Translations under genes and position numbers: made by a program | Virus genome (UHGV): UHGV-1364420 | DNA: 59,462 nucleotides | Reading direction: 5' to 3' (one strand) | DNA from: a virus | The notes under the pieces: generated by a model | Seen by the model: the letters and a program-made list of their open reading frames with translations, nothing else | Database searches by the model: none | Told to the model about the DNA's origin: nothing | Shown: positions 1 through 8,682 of the stretch, one piece after another | How the letters are laid out: each line of letters opens with the position of its first letter | Position numbering within the stretch: position 1 is the stretch's first letter

Positions 1-1301
1 GCTGCCATAGTCTGAACCAAGTTTTGCCCGCTAAAGATAGCTTTCGAGAAGTCGAGGTTAGGTTGAATCTTAACTTTCTCAGGATCGGCGTTCATCCAAC
101 GAGCGCAAATTTTCAACAACATCTCTAGCCCTGCGGAGCCTGTTTTCGCGAGCTGTACAAGGCTAGCAGTGCGCGCCCCAATACGTGTACGCAGAGCTTC
201 ACCAGATTCCTGAGAACCTTTTGTGTTGTTAACCATCTGACCTGCTTTTAGCTGAGCTTCTGCTTTGTCATTAGCTAATGCTAAACGCTCTTCAGACAAT
301 CCTTGTGATTCAACACCAACATATTTAACGTCACCCCCAAGGGCAACGTCCATAACAGCGCCAGCGCCTACGCGAGCAGGGGCCGCGCCGTCTTCTGTTC
401 CCGCCCCAGATGCGCCGATGCGAACTAAAGTGTCTTGACCTTGCATGTACAAATGTTGACGATAGTCAGCATCGCTGATATACATGCTCAAGCACAAGTT
501 AGCAAGACCTAACATTGGCGGTACATCGGGATCGATTAAGCAGTCGGAAGCGTTAATAGCTACGAACGGAATTTCTTCTAGCTCCGTACCCCGATACACG
601 GGCGTGATAAGCTTACTTTCATCAAAGTCAGTAGTTTCAATAAACAACCCTTGCCGATAAACAGCAGTACCTTCTGGATCGTTTTCATTCAATTTACCTA
701 AACTCAGAACACGATAACGAGTCTCTTTTGACCAATCAAACTCGTTAGGCTGACGAACCATTTTTGATTCGTCCAGAACTACCATATTTAAAGAATCTCG
801 TTCAACCTGTTCTGTAGCGTCTGCTTTATCCCAATTTCGGATATTAGGAGCAAAATACACGCTAATGAAAGGTTTATTTTCAGGGCTCGGTGTAGAGTCC
901 ATATCTAGCAAAATACCGACCCGACCATTGCGAAGTTGCATCTCATTAATGAGAGATAACAAACCCATTAACGTTGCACCGTCGCGAGTTGCTTTTTCAT
1001 TCAAATACTCCATTTCAGGAGGTAATTGAATTGTTGGCGGCTTACTCCACAAAAGACCATGGTTATTCCGGACAGCTTCAGAAAAGTCGTCCGGGAAGTT
1101 AGCGCGTAAAATATATTGTTTATAGCGCTGTGAACCAAGATCTTCCGGATTAGTTACCCCATCTAAAACCATAGACGGTAAATGCGGCAGATAAGTAGTT
1201 CCTTCTTCTTTAATCTTATCTTGCCCTTCAAATACGTCGTCTAACTTTTTCCAAGTCGACTCGTATTTTTGATAAAGCGGGTGAGTAGAGTCTAAGCCCA
1301 T
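1..1301 (-). CDS. Portal protein, N-terminal about 433 aa. The ORF starts at ATG 1301-1299 and runs off the window start. It continues in frame at the window end (see 59222..59462).
   Basis: Open minus-strand frame from ATG at 1299-1301 down to position 1, with no stop (translated by hand: MGLDSTHPLYQKYESTWKKLDDVFEGQDKIKEEGTTYLPHLP...). It lies immediately downstream of TerL (TerL stop TAA at 1306-1304). The order TerS-TerL-portal-scaffold-MCP is canonical. It is not in the ORF track because it is truncated by the window edge. Confidence 0.6.
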   Translation of the reverse strand, partial: MGLDSTHPLYQKYESTWKKLDDVFEGQDKIKEEGTTYLPHLPSMVLDGVTNPEDLGSQRYKQYILRANFPDDFSEAVRNNHGLLWSKPPTIQLPPEMEYLNEKATRDGATLMGLLSLINEMQLRNGRVGILLDMDSTPSPENKPFISVYFAPNIRNWDKADATEQVERDSLNMVVLDESKMVRQPNEFDWSKETRYRVLSLGKLNENDPEGTAVYRQGLFIETTDFDESKLITPVYRGTELEEIPFVAINASDCLIDPDVPPMLGLANLCLSMYISDADYRQHLYMQGQDTLVRIGASGAGTEDGAAPARVGAGAVMDVALGGDVKYVGVESQGLSEERLALANDKAEAQLKAGQMVNNTKGSQESGEALRTRIGARTASLVQLAKTGSAGLEMLLKICARWMNADPEKVKIQPNLDFSKAIFSGQNLVQTMA

Positions 1302-1303
1302 GA

Positions 1304-2854
1304 TTAGGTACCTTTGGTCGCTTTGATGCCAGAGTAAACAGCCTGATCGAGAACCATGTAACGAACTTCATCGCCCATGTGATCTTCAGATTCTGTATCT
1401 ACGTCGTCCTGATCTGCTTCGTCCCGAGGGAGGCTAGGAACCAGATCAATAAAATGCTTGCACGTACTAAAGACGAATATACCAGGATTTTCACGTGGTA
1501 AGCCAGGTTCAGGGATACTACCCGCGAAGAATTCCCTCATTTTCTTCCAACCCACTTTACGGGAACCTGAACTCTTATCTGAACGCTTCCACGAAACACC
1601 TTTGTGAATAACGCCGTTAATAGTGACTTGCTGCGACATTGTGGCTGCCGTTGAGTTACCGTTTTCCAAGTCCCATATGGAGTTATCTGCCGGGCCAGGT
1701 ACAACTCTGTCACGAATGCCCATAATTAGTTCACGCTGTACAATTCCTCGGGCGATTTCCTTATCAAGCATACGCAAGCCTTCATTAGGCTTCCCGTTAG
1801 TTCCGTACCATTCATTAATACGGAAAAGATCGCCGCGAATTGTACTACGTGTAATACCACGAGAATCAACAAAATCCGTTCCGTCGCTTACAGCCCACCA
1901 ACCAACAGAAAATGGTTTGGAGTTACCCCAGTCAAACGACCGAGTAATTTTCCAGCTTCTAGGAATCTCAAATGGTGCAATAATGTGGTGACGCGAAGAC
2001 CACAAATCATCGAACATACCACCAGAAGTGATATCCCACGACCCGCCTAACCATGCTGCTCTTTTGTTAGGGTCTGTTTCTTCCATTAGTTTTGCAATAT
2101 ATTTAGGGTCAAGATTTCGGTTCTCACGATACGACCCGTAAATATGACATTGCGTTGTTGTGACCACAATATCCTGTTGAGTCTGCGGGTCGAATACTTG
2201 AATCTCTTTCTTGACAATCTCACCCATACGGGAGACGTCAATGAAACGCTTCTTGACCCAGTTATGCCCAACCCCAAAAGGGTTAGTAGTCGCGAATACC
2301 TCTAACGGAATACGAGGTAAATAATAAACCTTACCGTCCGCATCTTTCTGCGGGTGGTCAGCAGGAAGGAATGAGGATCGGTTACAGGACATCATCGCGT
2401 CAAAGACTAGTCCGTTTGGATATTTGGTTAATTCGTTCCAGCCAATGAAAGGATATTCATGACCGTGATACGACCAGTAATCTTCAGGCTTAGCTGCAAC
2501 ACGGAACAGAAGTTCTTCACCTGTGGGCCAAACCCACTTATAATCAGATTTTGAAGAAAGAAACTTCGCGCCGTCATTAAACTCAGGAAACCAGCGAAGG
2601 GATTTTGTCACCAAGTCGTCAAGGTTTTTATATTCACGGTCAAAGATGATACCTTTCCAGTATTTACCATAGCCTAAGCCCACACGCTGGCGAAAGCGCA
2701 TGAGCTGGCTATCAGTTTTACCTGGTCCGCGAGTACCGTGATAGATGATAATATCCGCCGGGCAGGACAGCGCCAGGGTCTGTGACCCTCTATGTGGACG
2801 CCATACAACTTTTGGCGGATTAGTGGACATTGTTATCACCCTTCTCAATGGCAC
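1304..2854 (-). CDS. terL: Terminase large subunit
   Basis: 516 aa. N-terminal Walker A-like HGTRGPGKT ATPase motif. C-terminal nuclease-type region. The position between a small upstream ORF and the portal is typical of terminase large subunits. Confidence 0.8.
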   Translation of the reverse strand: MPLRRVITMSTNPPKVVWRPHRGSQTLALSCPADIIIYHGTRGPGKTDSQLMRFRQRVGLGYGKYWKGIIFDREYKNLDDLVTKSLRWFPEFNDGAKFLSSKSDYKWVWPTGEELLFRVAAKPEDYWSYHGHEYPFIGWNELTKYPNGLVFDAMMSCNRSSFLPADHPQKDADGKVYYLPRIPLEVFATTNPFGVGHNWVKKRFIDVSRMGEIVKKEIQVFDPQTQQDIVVTTTQCHIYGSYRENRNLDPKYIAKLMEETDPNKRAAWLGGSWDITSGGMFDDLWSSRHHIIAPFEIPRSWKITRSFDWGNSKPFSVGWWAVSDGTDFVDSRGITRSTIRGDLFRINEWYGTNGKPNEGLRMLDKEIARGIVQRELIMGIRDRVVPGPADNSIWDLENGNSTAATMSQQVTINGVIHKGVSWKRSDKSSGSRKVGWKKMREFFAGSIPEPGLPRENPGIFVFSTCKHFIDLVPSLPRDEADQDDVDTESEDHMGDEVRYMVLDQAVYSGIKATKGT

Positions 2855-3383
2855 GCATAGTATCTTCGCGTAGATCTTCCTGTTGTTGAATTGCTAACTT
2901 TTCCCATTCGTCAGTATCAGCAATACCAGGAACGACCATAACACCAGTACCTTTTACGTCCGCTTTAATTTGCTTAGGAGGTTCCATGCCAAGGAGCTGG
3001 GCCAGCTTACCCAGGGCGCTAACACGGGCCGCTTGAGAGCTGCCGGGTCCATAATAATGAGCTTCTTTCTTCAGGGCATTAATAATATCGACTTTATCTT
3101 GTTCGATATCTTTTGCTCGTTGCTCAGGATTAGGATTAAGGCCAATCTCGCGGGCTAGCTCTTTTACACGCCAGATGCAATAAGGGTCTTTCGCAAAACG
3201 TTCAGCATTATCCGCAGCGAACTCCGGACGGAATCCGCACCGTAGGCAGGCTTTGGTCCAGCTATAGTCATAGAGATACTGGCGAACTACTTGCTCACGA
3301 ATATTCATTTCGTCTTGAGTCAAGTCTCTCGCCCGTTCAATATATGCTGTCCAATCAGGATTAAAATTAGATGCGTCGCTCAT
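2820..3383 (-). CDS. Putative terminase small subunit
   Basis: 187 aa ORF whose 3' end overlaps the terL start by about 35 nt. Assigned only from its position upstream of terL. No diagnostic motif recognised. Confidence 0.4.
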   Translation of the reverse strand: MSDASNFNPDWTAYIERARDLTQDEMNIREQVVRQYLYDYSWTKACLRCGFRPEFAADNAERFAKDPYCIWRVKELAREIGLNPNPEQRAKDIEQDKVDIINALKKEAHYYGPGSSQAARVSALGKLAQLLGMEPPKQIKADVKGTGVMVVPGIADTDEWEKLAIQQQEDLREDTMRAIEKGDNNVH

Positions 3384-3462
3384 ACCGCCTCCATAGGTTT
3401 TTCTGAACTATACCGACGGTATGAGCGTAAAGCAAGAGATTAGTGAAGTAGGCAGCTCTAGA

Positions 3463-3798
3463 CTACTTCGAAGAACTGCCTCCGGTCTTTGGGTTTTCAG
3501 GTTGATTAACCTCGCTTAATGTCTGCTCTGCATTACGTTGAAGCTGATTGATATTACGCTCAACACTAGGTGGTAAATCTACCCCTCTCAACTGCTGGCC
3601 TACATTAATGATTTGTTCACTCTGAGTTTTTGAATGCTCTAACGCCAACTCCTTCTTAGTGTATACTACGGCAGCAAGACCAACTGAAATCAGGAAAAAA
3701 TTTAAGACCACGTACTGTATCAGTAAACGCGGTCTCTGAAAAAGGTCTTTAGTCTCCTGAATTAGGTGTTTCATTGCGTTTCTCCGGCTCGATACCAA
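3463..3798 (-). CDS. Membrane protein with an N-terminal transmembrane helix; possible lysis accessory or antiholin
   Basis: 111 aa. Hydrophobic segment LIQYVVLNFFLISVGLAAVVY followed by a polar C-terminus. Overlaps the holin-like gene upstream. Confidence 0.3.
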   Translation of the reverse strand: MVSSRRNAMKHLIQETKDLFQRPRLLIQYVVLNFFLISVGLAAVVYTKKELALEHSKTQSEQIINVGQQLRGVDLPPSVERNINQLQRNAEQTLSEVNQPENPKTGGSSSK

Positions 3799-4096
3799 AC
3801 TTCTTGAAAGTCACAGACCGGATGATTAGGAATGTTGCCCTTGAACCTATCCAGGATGTTGCACCAATAATGGCACTCGACCAACCGAAGGATATGTTTT
3901 GCTCCATGCAAATCAAACCGGTTATGACTGCGAAAAATACGGCACTGAAACCTTCAAGCAAAACCCTCCACCAGACAAGTTTTTCATTCGCGTCGAGCGT
4001 TCGCATTGTGTAGCCCAGAGAACCGCCTAAAAATGCCAGGATGGTGAAGATGATTATCTTCCCCCAATCCCACTTCGGGTCAGGCGAAAAAAGCAT
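3749..4096 (-). CDS. Holin-like membrane protein with three predicted TM helices
   Basis: 115 aa with three hydrophobic stretches (IIIFTILAFLGGSLGY; LLEGFSAVFFAVITGLIC; SSAIIGATSWIG) and a charged C-terminus. Adjacent to the candidate endolysin and the spanins. Confidence 0.4.
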   Translation of the reverse strand: MLFSPDPKWDWGKIIIFTILAFLGGSLGYTMRTLDANEKLVWWRVLLEGFSAVFFAVITGLICMEQNISFGWSSAIIGATSWIGSRATFLIIRSVTFKKFGIEPEKRNETPNSGD

Positions 4097-4107
4097 TTGG
4101 TTATTCC

Positions 4108-4545
4108 TTATGCTAAATTAATTCCGGCCAAAATTTGGGCGTCAGTATACGGCTGCTGACCATTCTCGTGCGCGATAATTGCTTTCAGCAACTTTAACAT
4201 AATAGCACTATCGAAAACGTCAATGGGACTGTTGGCCGCTACCCCAATATTTTTGGCAACACTTTGAATATAGGCTTCGGTGTTGTTCTCGTTAGGTGGC
4301 GCCCAGCGAGAGATGATTTCACGAACAGTATCGATCTTTGGCTTGCCAACGTTTGAGATACCGGGATATTGCGTATATCGACGTAAAATCCGAGTCAAGG
4401 CACGGATACCATACTCAGGAGTTCGAAACACGCAGAAGGATTTATCGTTGGCTTGATCTTTAGGAATTAAACCCTTCCACTGGTCATTTGACCAACGAAT
4501 ATTACCAGGGTTATTGTTTCGAATGCCGCGGGGGATGGTAGCCAT
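4108..4545 (-). CDS. Conserved phage protein with an RNNNPGNIR motif; candidate endolysin or peptidoglycan hydrolase
   Basis: 145 aa soluble protein between the spanin pair and the holin-like gene. Its catalytic class was not recognised from sequence. The assignment is positional. Confidence 0.3.
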   Translation of the reverse strand: MATIPRGIRNNNPGNIRWSNDQWKGLIPKDQANDKSFCVFRTPEYGIRALTRILRRYTQYPGISNVGKPKIDTVREIISRWAPPNENNTEAYIQSVAKNIGVAANSPIDVFDSAIMLKLLKAIIAHENGQQPYTDAQILAGINLA

Positions 4546-4604
4546 AGCCCTACTCCTCTAATAAATGACAGAGTAAGGCTACATGCTTTTGATACTGTGG
4601 TCAA

Positions 4605-4814
4605 TTATTGCTTTTTGGGCCCGTTGTGCCGCTTTTGAATCTCATTTGCAAGTGTTGAGAATGCAAACAAAAAACCAGCCAACGAACCTTGACCTTCCTC
4701 AGTAGCAGCATCAAGAAGCTTTGTTAAAGATTCTACATGCTGATCATAGAGTTCTTCAACTCCAGCTTTGGAAGCATGTTTTCGAATCTGACTATTTGGA
4801 GGTAGTTTGTTCAA
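4605..4814 (-). CDS. Hypothetical protein
   Basis: 69 aa ORF in the co-directional minus-strand block between the spanins and the candidate endolysin. Confidence 0.3.
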   Translation of the reverse strand: MNKLPPNSQIRKHASKAGVEELYDQHVESLTKLLDAATEEGQGSLAGFLFAFSTLANEIQKRHNGPKKQ

Positions 4815-5346
4815 TTATTCGGTCCCTTAATGAGTCGTATTGTCGTTCGCAGGTTCGACCTGCTTCAAAAGCTCGGTCAGCGAATTCTGCATATTGGTTT
4901 GCTCGACGATTTGATTTGACGAGCATGTCGGCGAGCAGATCGACGGCTTTTGTGGTTGACGTGCTAGTGGTGACAGTTGCTCCGGCACGACTGGCGATGC
5001 TTCGTACTTTGTCGAGCGTTCGCTGCAAGCTGTCAGCAGCATCGCGAGCAGACTGAGCGTCACGATTTGCGACTTCAATATTTTGATGTGCTTCATACTC
5101 GATTTTACCTTTGTCAATATCTAACTTGTTTCGTAGCTGAGCGGCTTTGTTTTCATACTCGTCAACTACGGCCTGTTTACCGTCTTTAACACCAGCATTA
5201 TACTTGGTTTCTAATGCTTCATTCCACTTATGCTGGACAAATAAATAAAGCAGAACTGTAACCACAATAAGCACCAGCCACGGCAGCAACTTAACTGCTA
5301 GCTGTTTCAAGCCATTCACTGATAAGAGATTTAGTGGCAACATCAT
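4792..5346 (-). CDS. i-spanin (Rz-like)
   Basis: Proposed start at ATGATG 5346-5341, preceded by GGAGAAGG. N-terminal TM (LLPWLVLIVVTVLLYLFV) followed by a long charged coiled-coil periplasmic domain. A lipoprotein ORF is embedded in another frame. Confidence 0.55.
   Translation of the reverse strand: MMLPLNLLSVNGLKQLAVKLLPWLVLIVVTVLLYLFVQHKWNEALETKYNAGVKDGKQAVVDEYENKAAQLRNKLDIDKGKIEYEAHQNIEVANRDAQSARDAADSLQRTLDKVRSIASRAGATVTTSTSTTKAVDLLADMLVKSNRRANQYAEFADRAFEAGRTCERQYDSLRDRIIEQTTSK
4827..5096 (-). CDS. o-spanin (Rz1-like outer-membrane lipoprotein), entirely embedded in the i-spanin gene in a different frame
   Basis: Signal peptide plus lipobox: MKHIKILKSQIVTLSLLAMLLTAC. The mature part is Pro-rich (VVPEQLSPLARQPQKPSICSPTCSS). 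This is the classic embedded Rz/Rz1 architecture. Confidence 0.55.
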   Translation of the reverse strand: MKHIKILKSQIVTLSLLAMLLTACSERSTKYEASPVVPEQLSPLARQPQKPSICSPTCSSNQIVEQTNMQNSLTELLKQVEPANDNTTH

Positions 5347-5746
5347 TACCTTCTCCGAGTCCAAAGCAGTTGGTGTAATGAAACCAAGTCCGCTCGGATT
5401 TATCCCAAAACAAGACCATAGTTTCATCTGTAGCGCTGTCAATAATAGCGATCATAATACTTTCGTTATCAGTGACAAACATATTATGAGGTAATTCCCA
5501 ATAGCCAGCGGGATTGAACTTAGCAAGTTCTTTAACCTCAGTAGGGAATATCGTCGTTAAATCTTTCATTCTCGTAGCCCTTAAAAACTTCAGCCCAAAC
5601 CATCTTCTGACACTCGTTTCCTGCGTCCGTTCTGTACTCCATAGCAAGGCCAATGGCACGCTCTGCGCTAGCTCCTGCGTACATAGCACCATAGAGAAAA
5701 TCCATGCAAGACCCGCTGGCAATGAATTGATTCTTTGGATGCTCAA
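5291..5746 (-). CDS. Hypothetical protein (the true start may be an internal Met)
   Basis: 151 aa ORF. The track start may be upstream of the real start. Confidence 0.3.
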   Translation of the reverse strand: MSIQRINSLPAGLAWIFSMVLCTQELAQSVPLALLWSTERTQETSVRRWFGLKFLRATRMKDLTTIFPTEVKELAKFNPAGYWELPHNMFVTDNESIMIAIIDSATDETMVLFWDKSERTWFHYTNCFGLGEGNDVATKSLISEWLETASS

Positions 5747-6032
5747 TCACGCAGTATCCGTCACCATAGACGTTATAGACGTTTTTCTTTGAGTCTACAG
5801 CAACACCATAAACATTAGAAACGTCATAATCATCAATTTGTTTGATGGTATTTGTTTCTAACTGCTTAAAGAGTAAAGAGCTGCCTCTTACAGTTCCGCA
5901 AAGAGCAACAATCATTTTACCGATAATAGGATGATCAACAATTTCCATTTTGATCGAGTATCCTTTATGACCTCCGTAGTTGTACATTGTATCGGCGGCC
6001 AATGTTTTACCATCAAAAGCAATTGCTGTCAT
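5538..6032 (-). CDS. HslV/proteasome-beta-like Ntn-hydrolase peptidase
   Basis: Proposed start Met-Thr at 6032 (GAGG is 5 nt upstream; TGA/ATG coupling with the upstream gene). This gives an N-terminal Thr after Met removal (MTAIAFDGKT...), like HslV MTTIVSV. Conserved blocks align with HslV: GKMIVALCGTVRGSSLLFKQLE against [21 protein letters not shown], and IASGSCMDFLYGAMYAGAS against IAIGSGGPYAQAAARA. Confidence 0.5.
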   Translation of the reverse strand: MTAIAFDGKTLAADTMYNYGGHKGYSIKMEIVDHPIIGKMIVALCGTVRGSSLLFKQLETNTIKQIDDYDVSNVYGVAVDSKKNVYNVYGDGYCVIEHPKNQFIASGSCMDFLYGAMYAGASAERAIGLAMEYRTDAGNECQKMVWAEVFKGYENERFNDDIPY

Positions 6033-6033
6033 A

Positions 6034-6477
6034 TCAACCTCTGTCGGTAATTGTATAATCAACAATCCAGCTAAAAAGCAAGAAAGCGTTATTGACTTCA
6101 TCAGCTTCCGTTTGATCAAATGTGTAATATTTGCGCTTACCGTACCCTTTTGCAGGGTCCAACACTACAGGGCCCGCAGTGTCGCGGTAATCTACTAAAA
6201 TCTGGTGCAAGCTGCCAGGGATGTTAAGGCTAGCTACAGTTAGCAGATAAACAGCGCCCGGGTAAAGCGTTAGCACCGTGCCAGCCATTTCCCGGCGAAA
6301 TATAAAAGCTTGTTCCGCTAAAATGTCGCCAACGTCCATTGACCTTTTTACATAATATTTTTCATGATAACGATCAATTACGGATTGTGCGTCTTCCCCC
6401 ATCAGCATTGCAATACAGGTACAAACACAACCCATAGGAGTTGGCTGGGTTTGATGTACTAACTTATAATCAAACAT
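6034..6477 (-). CDS. Peptidase C39-like cysteine protease domain protein
   Basis: QTQPTPMGCVCTCIAMLMG matches the C39 Q...CG.AC.AM catalytic Cys block. A downstream His (SLHQILVDY) and LDPAKGYGK resemble the C39 ADPAKGK block of bacteriocin-processing peptidases. Confidence 0.5.
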   Translation of the reverse strand: MFDYKLVHQTQPTPMGCVCTCIAMLMGEDAQSVIDRYHEKYYVKRSMDVGDILAEQAFIFRREMAGTVLTLYPGAVYLLTVASLNIPGSLHQILVDYRDTAGPVVLDPAKGYGKRKYYTFDQTEADEVNNAFLLFSWIVDYTITDRG

Positions 6478-6880
6478 TAGTAGAATCCTTTAATATTCTT
6501 TGAAGGTGGTAAACATAGCTAGCAGATACGCCAGTCTGTTCCGCGACGCGCCTAGGTTTCAATCCCTCGCTAAGCAGGTCAATAACCTTGCCACGAAGTT
6601 CACGATCCGGATAAGTAACAAGCCTACCAGTTTCTTGCCAGGCGGGGTTAGTATGATAAACCACCTCATACTGTTTCGCTTCAGTGGTATTCTTTAATCC
6701 CAGATAGGCTTCGTTTCTTGAGCTATTCCTGATTATACAGACGCAGCAATGGGCTTTAGTCCGCTTTCTCCGCAACTCTGCTGCTTGCCTGGCTTTTTCG
6801 ATTTCGGTTAGCGGAAACTGGCAATAACCGCGACGCTTTTGGGTTGATTGCATCTTCGATCTCCGGGAGACTATGACCAT
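6470..6880 (-). CDS. Putative DNA-binding protein (C-terminal helix-turn-helix)
   Basis: 136 aa. The C-terminal RVAEQTGVSASYVYHLQR is HTH-like. The N-terminal part is Cys-rich. Confidence 0.35.
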   Translation of the reverse strand: MVIVSRRSKMQSTQKRRGYCQFPLTEIEKARQAAELRRKRTKAHCCVCIIRNSSRNEAYLGLKNTTEAKQYEVVYHTNPAWQETGRLVTYPDRELRGKVIDLLSEGLKPRRVAEQTGVSASYVYHLQRILKDSTNV

Positions 6881-7316
6881 AATAATAATGGTTAATCAGC
6901 TGAGTCAAACGCCGCCACTTCGCTTCGAGGAACTGACGATTCACTTTATTACGTTCTTTCTCGGTTTTGCAATGAGGCAGCTCTTCGAGAATATGGTAAA
7001 CCTCATTATATGCACGGACACCTAACGCGAGGTATTTCACGTGATCCATAATGATTTTACGCTCCAGCATAACACGAATAGCAGTAAACCAGAAACCAGG
7101 CAATCCGAACGTTTTATACGAGTTCAAAAGCCCATGGTGGAATGACATACGCATTACATAGAGGGTACAACCTTCTTTATGTGGGGCATGAACATAAATA
7201 CGCTTCCATTCAGGTACTTTGGTCTTACCAACTTCAGCAATAAGGCCTAAACGTTCCAGGCCAGCTTTTACATCTTCTAATTTAGAGACTTGTAAGTTGT
7301 TCATTGTACGCTCCAC
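6756..7316 (-). CDS. Hypothetical protein
   Basis: 186 aa ORF in the early block. No motif recognised. Confidence 0.35.
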   Translation of the reverse strand: MERTMNNLQVSKLEDVKAGLERLGLIAEVGKTKVPEWKRIYVHAPHKEGCTLYVMRMSFHHGLLNSYKTFGLPGFWFTAIRVMLERKIIMDHVKYLALGVRAYNEVYHILEELPHCKTEKERNKVNRQFLEAKWRRLTQLINHYYYGHSLPEIEDAINPKASRLLPVSANRNRKSQASSRVAEKAD

Positions 7317-7687
7317 AGTTCTTTTAATGTATCGTAAACACGTTTAGAGTCGGAACGAAGCCAAGCTTCCAATACTGAGAAATCGCCAGTATCGGCATCG
7401 GCATACCCTTCAAAGAAAGCTTCTTTTATGCGTTGTAAGAGTACGGTATGTTCAGTTCTTGCATCAGACTCCCACTGCCGACGAACAACGGCCGCTTCTT
7501 GGCGATCGCGTTCTATCCAGCGACTATCAGAGCCGCCACATGTTTTACACTGGCAAATATAAGCTTCTTCGGTTTCATAATAACGGAATTCACCCTCGGT
7601 GATTTTCTTTCCGCAAGAACAGCAATTCATCAGACCTACAGTGCAACTATTTGCCTCAGCATATATCCAATATTTACGCTTACCCAT
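7301..7687 (-). CDS. Zinc-finger or zinc-ribbon protein
   Basis: Proposed start ATG at 7687, preceded by AGGAGG. CxxC pairs: CCSCGKK ... CQCKTCGG. Confidence 0.4.
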   Translation of the reverse strand: MGKRKYWIYAEANSCTVGLMNCCSCGKKITEGEFRYYETEEAYICQCKTCGGSDSRWIERDRQEAAVVRRQWESDARTEHTVLLQRIKEAFFEGYADADTGDFSVLEAWLRSDSKRVYDTLKELWSVQ

Positions 7688-7755
7688 TTTCAATCCTCCT
7701 GTTGACTGAAAACAGTATAGCAAAAAGGGCAGACTCACGTCTACCCTTTTATCTG

Positions 7756-8271
7756 TCATTCAAACGGAGAATCTGACCCTTGTTTAGCCTTCGGAGGAAT
7801 ATAAGGACGAAATTCGTGAGTATCAGGGATATTGAAGCGTTTTGGAATCGTTCCCTGGTGCCACATATTGTTGGTTTCCACATATTCGGATTCACTGATC
7901 TTGCGATAATAGAACTTACTACCACCGAAACCTAAGAACTGAGACTTTTCGCACGGTTTGTTACCGCCATCGACATAATGCGTACCTTTAACAATGATAG
8001 AGCGCGGAGTCGGGCCGTTCTTGAGGCCAATATGGTGCAACCAGAACCAGCAATGGAAACAACATTGATGTTTGATAAAGTCTTTACCATCACAACTGCG
8101 TTCGGGATCTTGTGGGTATCCGCAATGCTGGCAAGTAACAATGCGCCCAGCTTCTACAGCTTCAGCATATTCGCGCTCATACATCTCTTTATTGAGATTA
8201 TAATTGCGAACGGCCAGCTCGTCGTCAGGATTGTCCTTGTGGGCTTCAATCCAGTCAGTTAATTTACTCAT
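7756..8271 (-). CDS. Cys/His-rich hypothetical protein
   Basis: 171 aa. CQHCGYP ... CDGKDFIKHQCCFHCWFWLHH cluster. Confidence 0.4.
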   Translation of the reverse strand: MSKLTDWIEAHKDNPDDELAVRNYNLNKEMYEREYAEAVEAGRIVTCQHCGYPQDPERSCDGKDFIKHQCCFHCWFWLHHIGLKNGPTPRSIIVKGTHYVDGGNKPCEKSQFLGFGGSKFYYRKISESEYVETNNMWHQGTIPKRFNIPDTHEFRPYIPPKAKQGSDSPFE

Positions 8272-8468
8272 TTCTTCGCCTCTTTATGTTCTTCGAGCAG
8301 TTTAGCCATCAATTCAGGTAAAATTGATTTACCTCTTCGACGACAGACTTCAATAAATACGTTTTTGTGCAACCAAACACCAGACACACCGTTATCTGGT
8401 TGAAAATAAACCATTTCACCAGAGATATCGCCATGTTTGGCTGTACTAAAGAAGGCTTTCCTATTCAT
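8268..8468 (-). CDS. Hypothetical protein
   Basis: 66 aa ORF, stop/start overlap with neighbours. Confidence 0.3.
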   Translation of the reverse strand: MNRKAFFSTAKHGDISGEMVYFQPDNGVSGVWLHKNVFIEVCRRRGKSILPELMAKLLEEHKEAKK

Positions 8469-8472
8469 ACCA

Positions 8473-8682
8473 TCACCAGTGTGAAATTACGTGGAAAATT
8501 GCGTCACGCAGCGTAGGGAACCACGGGCTACCACCGCCGCAGAAATAGGAGTTGCGAGAGCCTTCTTCAATGCGACGGATATAAGACGGATGTTTACCTT
8601 CGCGCTCTACACAATACAGGCCGCCACCTAAGCGACGTACTTTATAACCAGGCTTATACATTTTGTTATTCATGGTTTTCAC
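8473..8682 (-). CDS. Hypothetical protein
   Basis: 69 aa ORF in the early block. Confidence 0.3.
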   Translation of the reverse strand: MKTMNNKMYKPGYKVRRLGGGLYCVEREGKHPSYIRRIEEGSRNSYFCGGGSPWFPTLRDAIFHVISHW

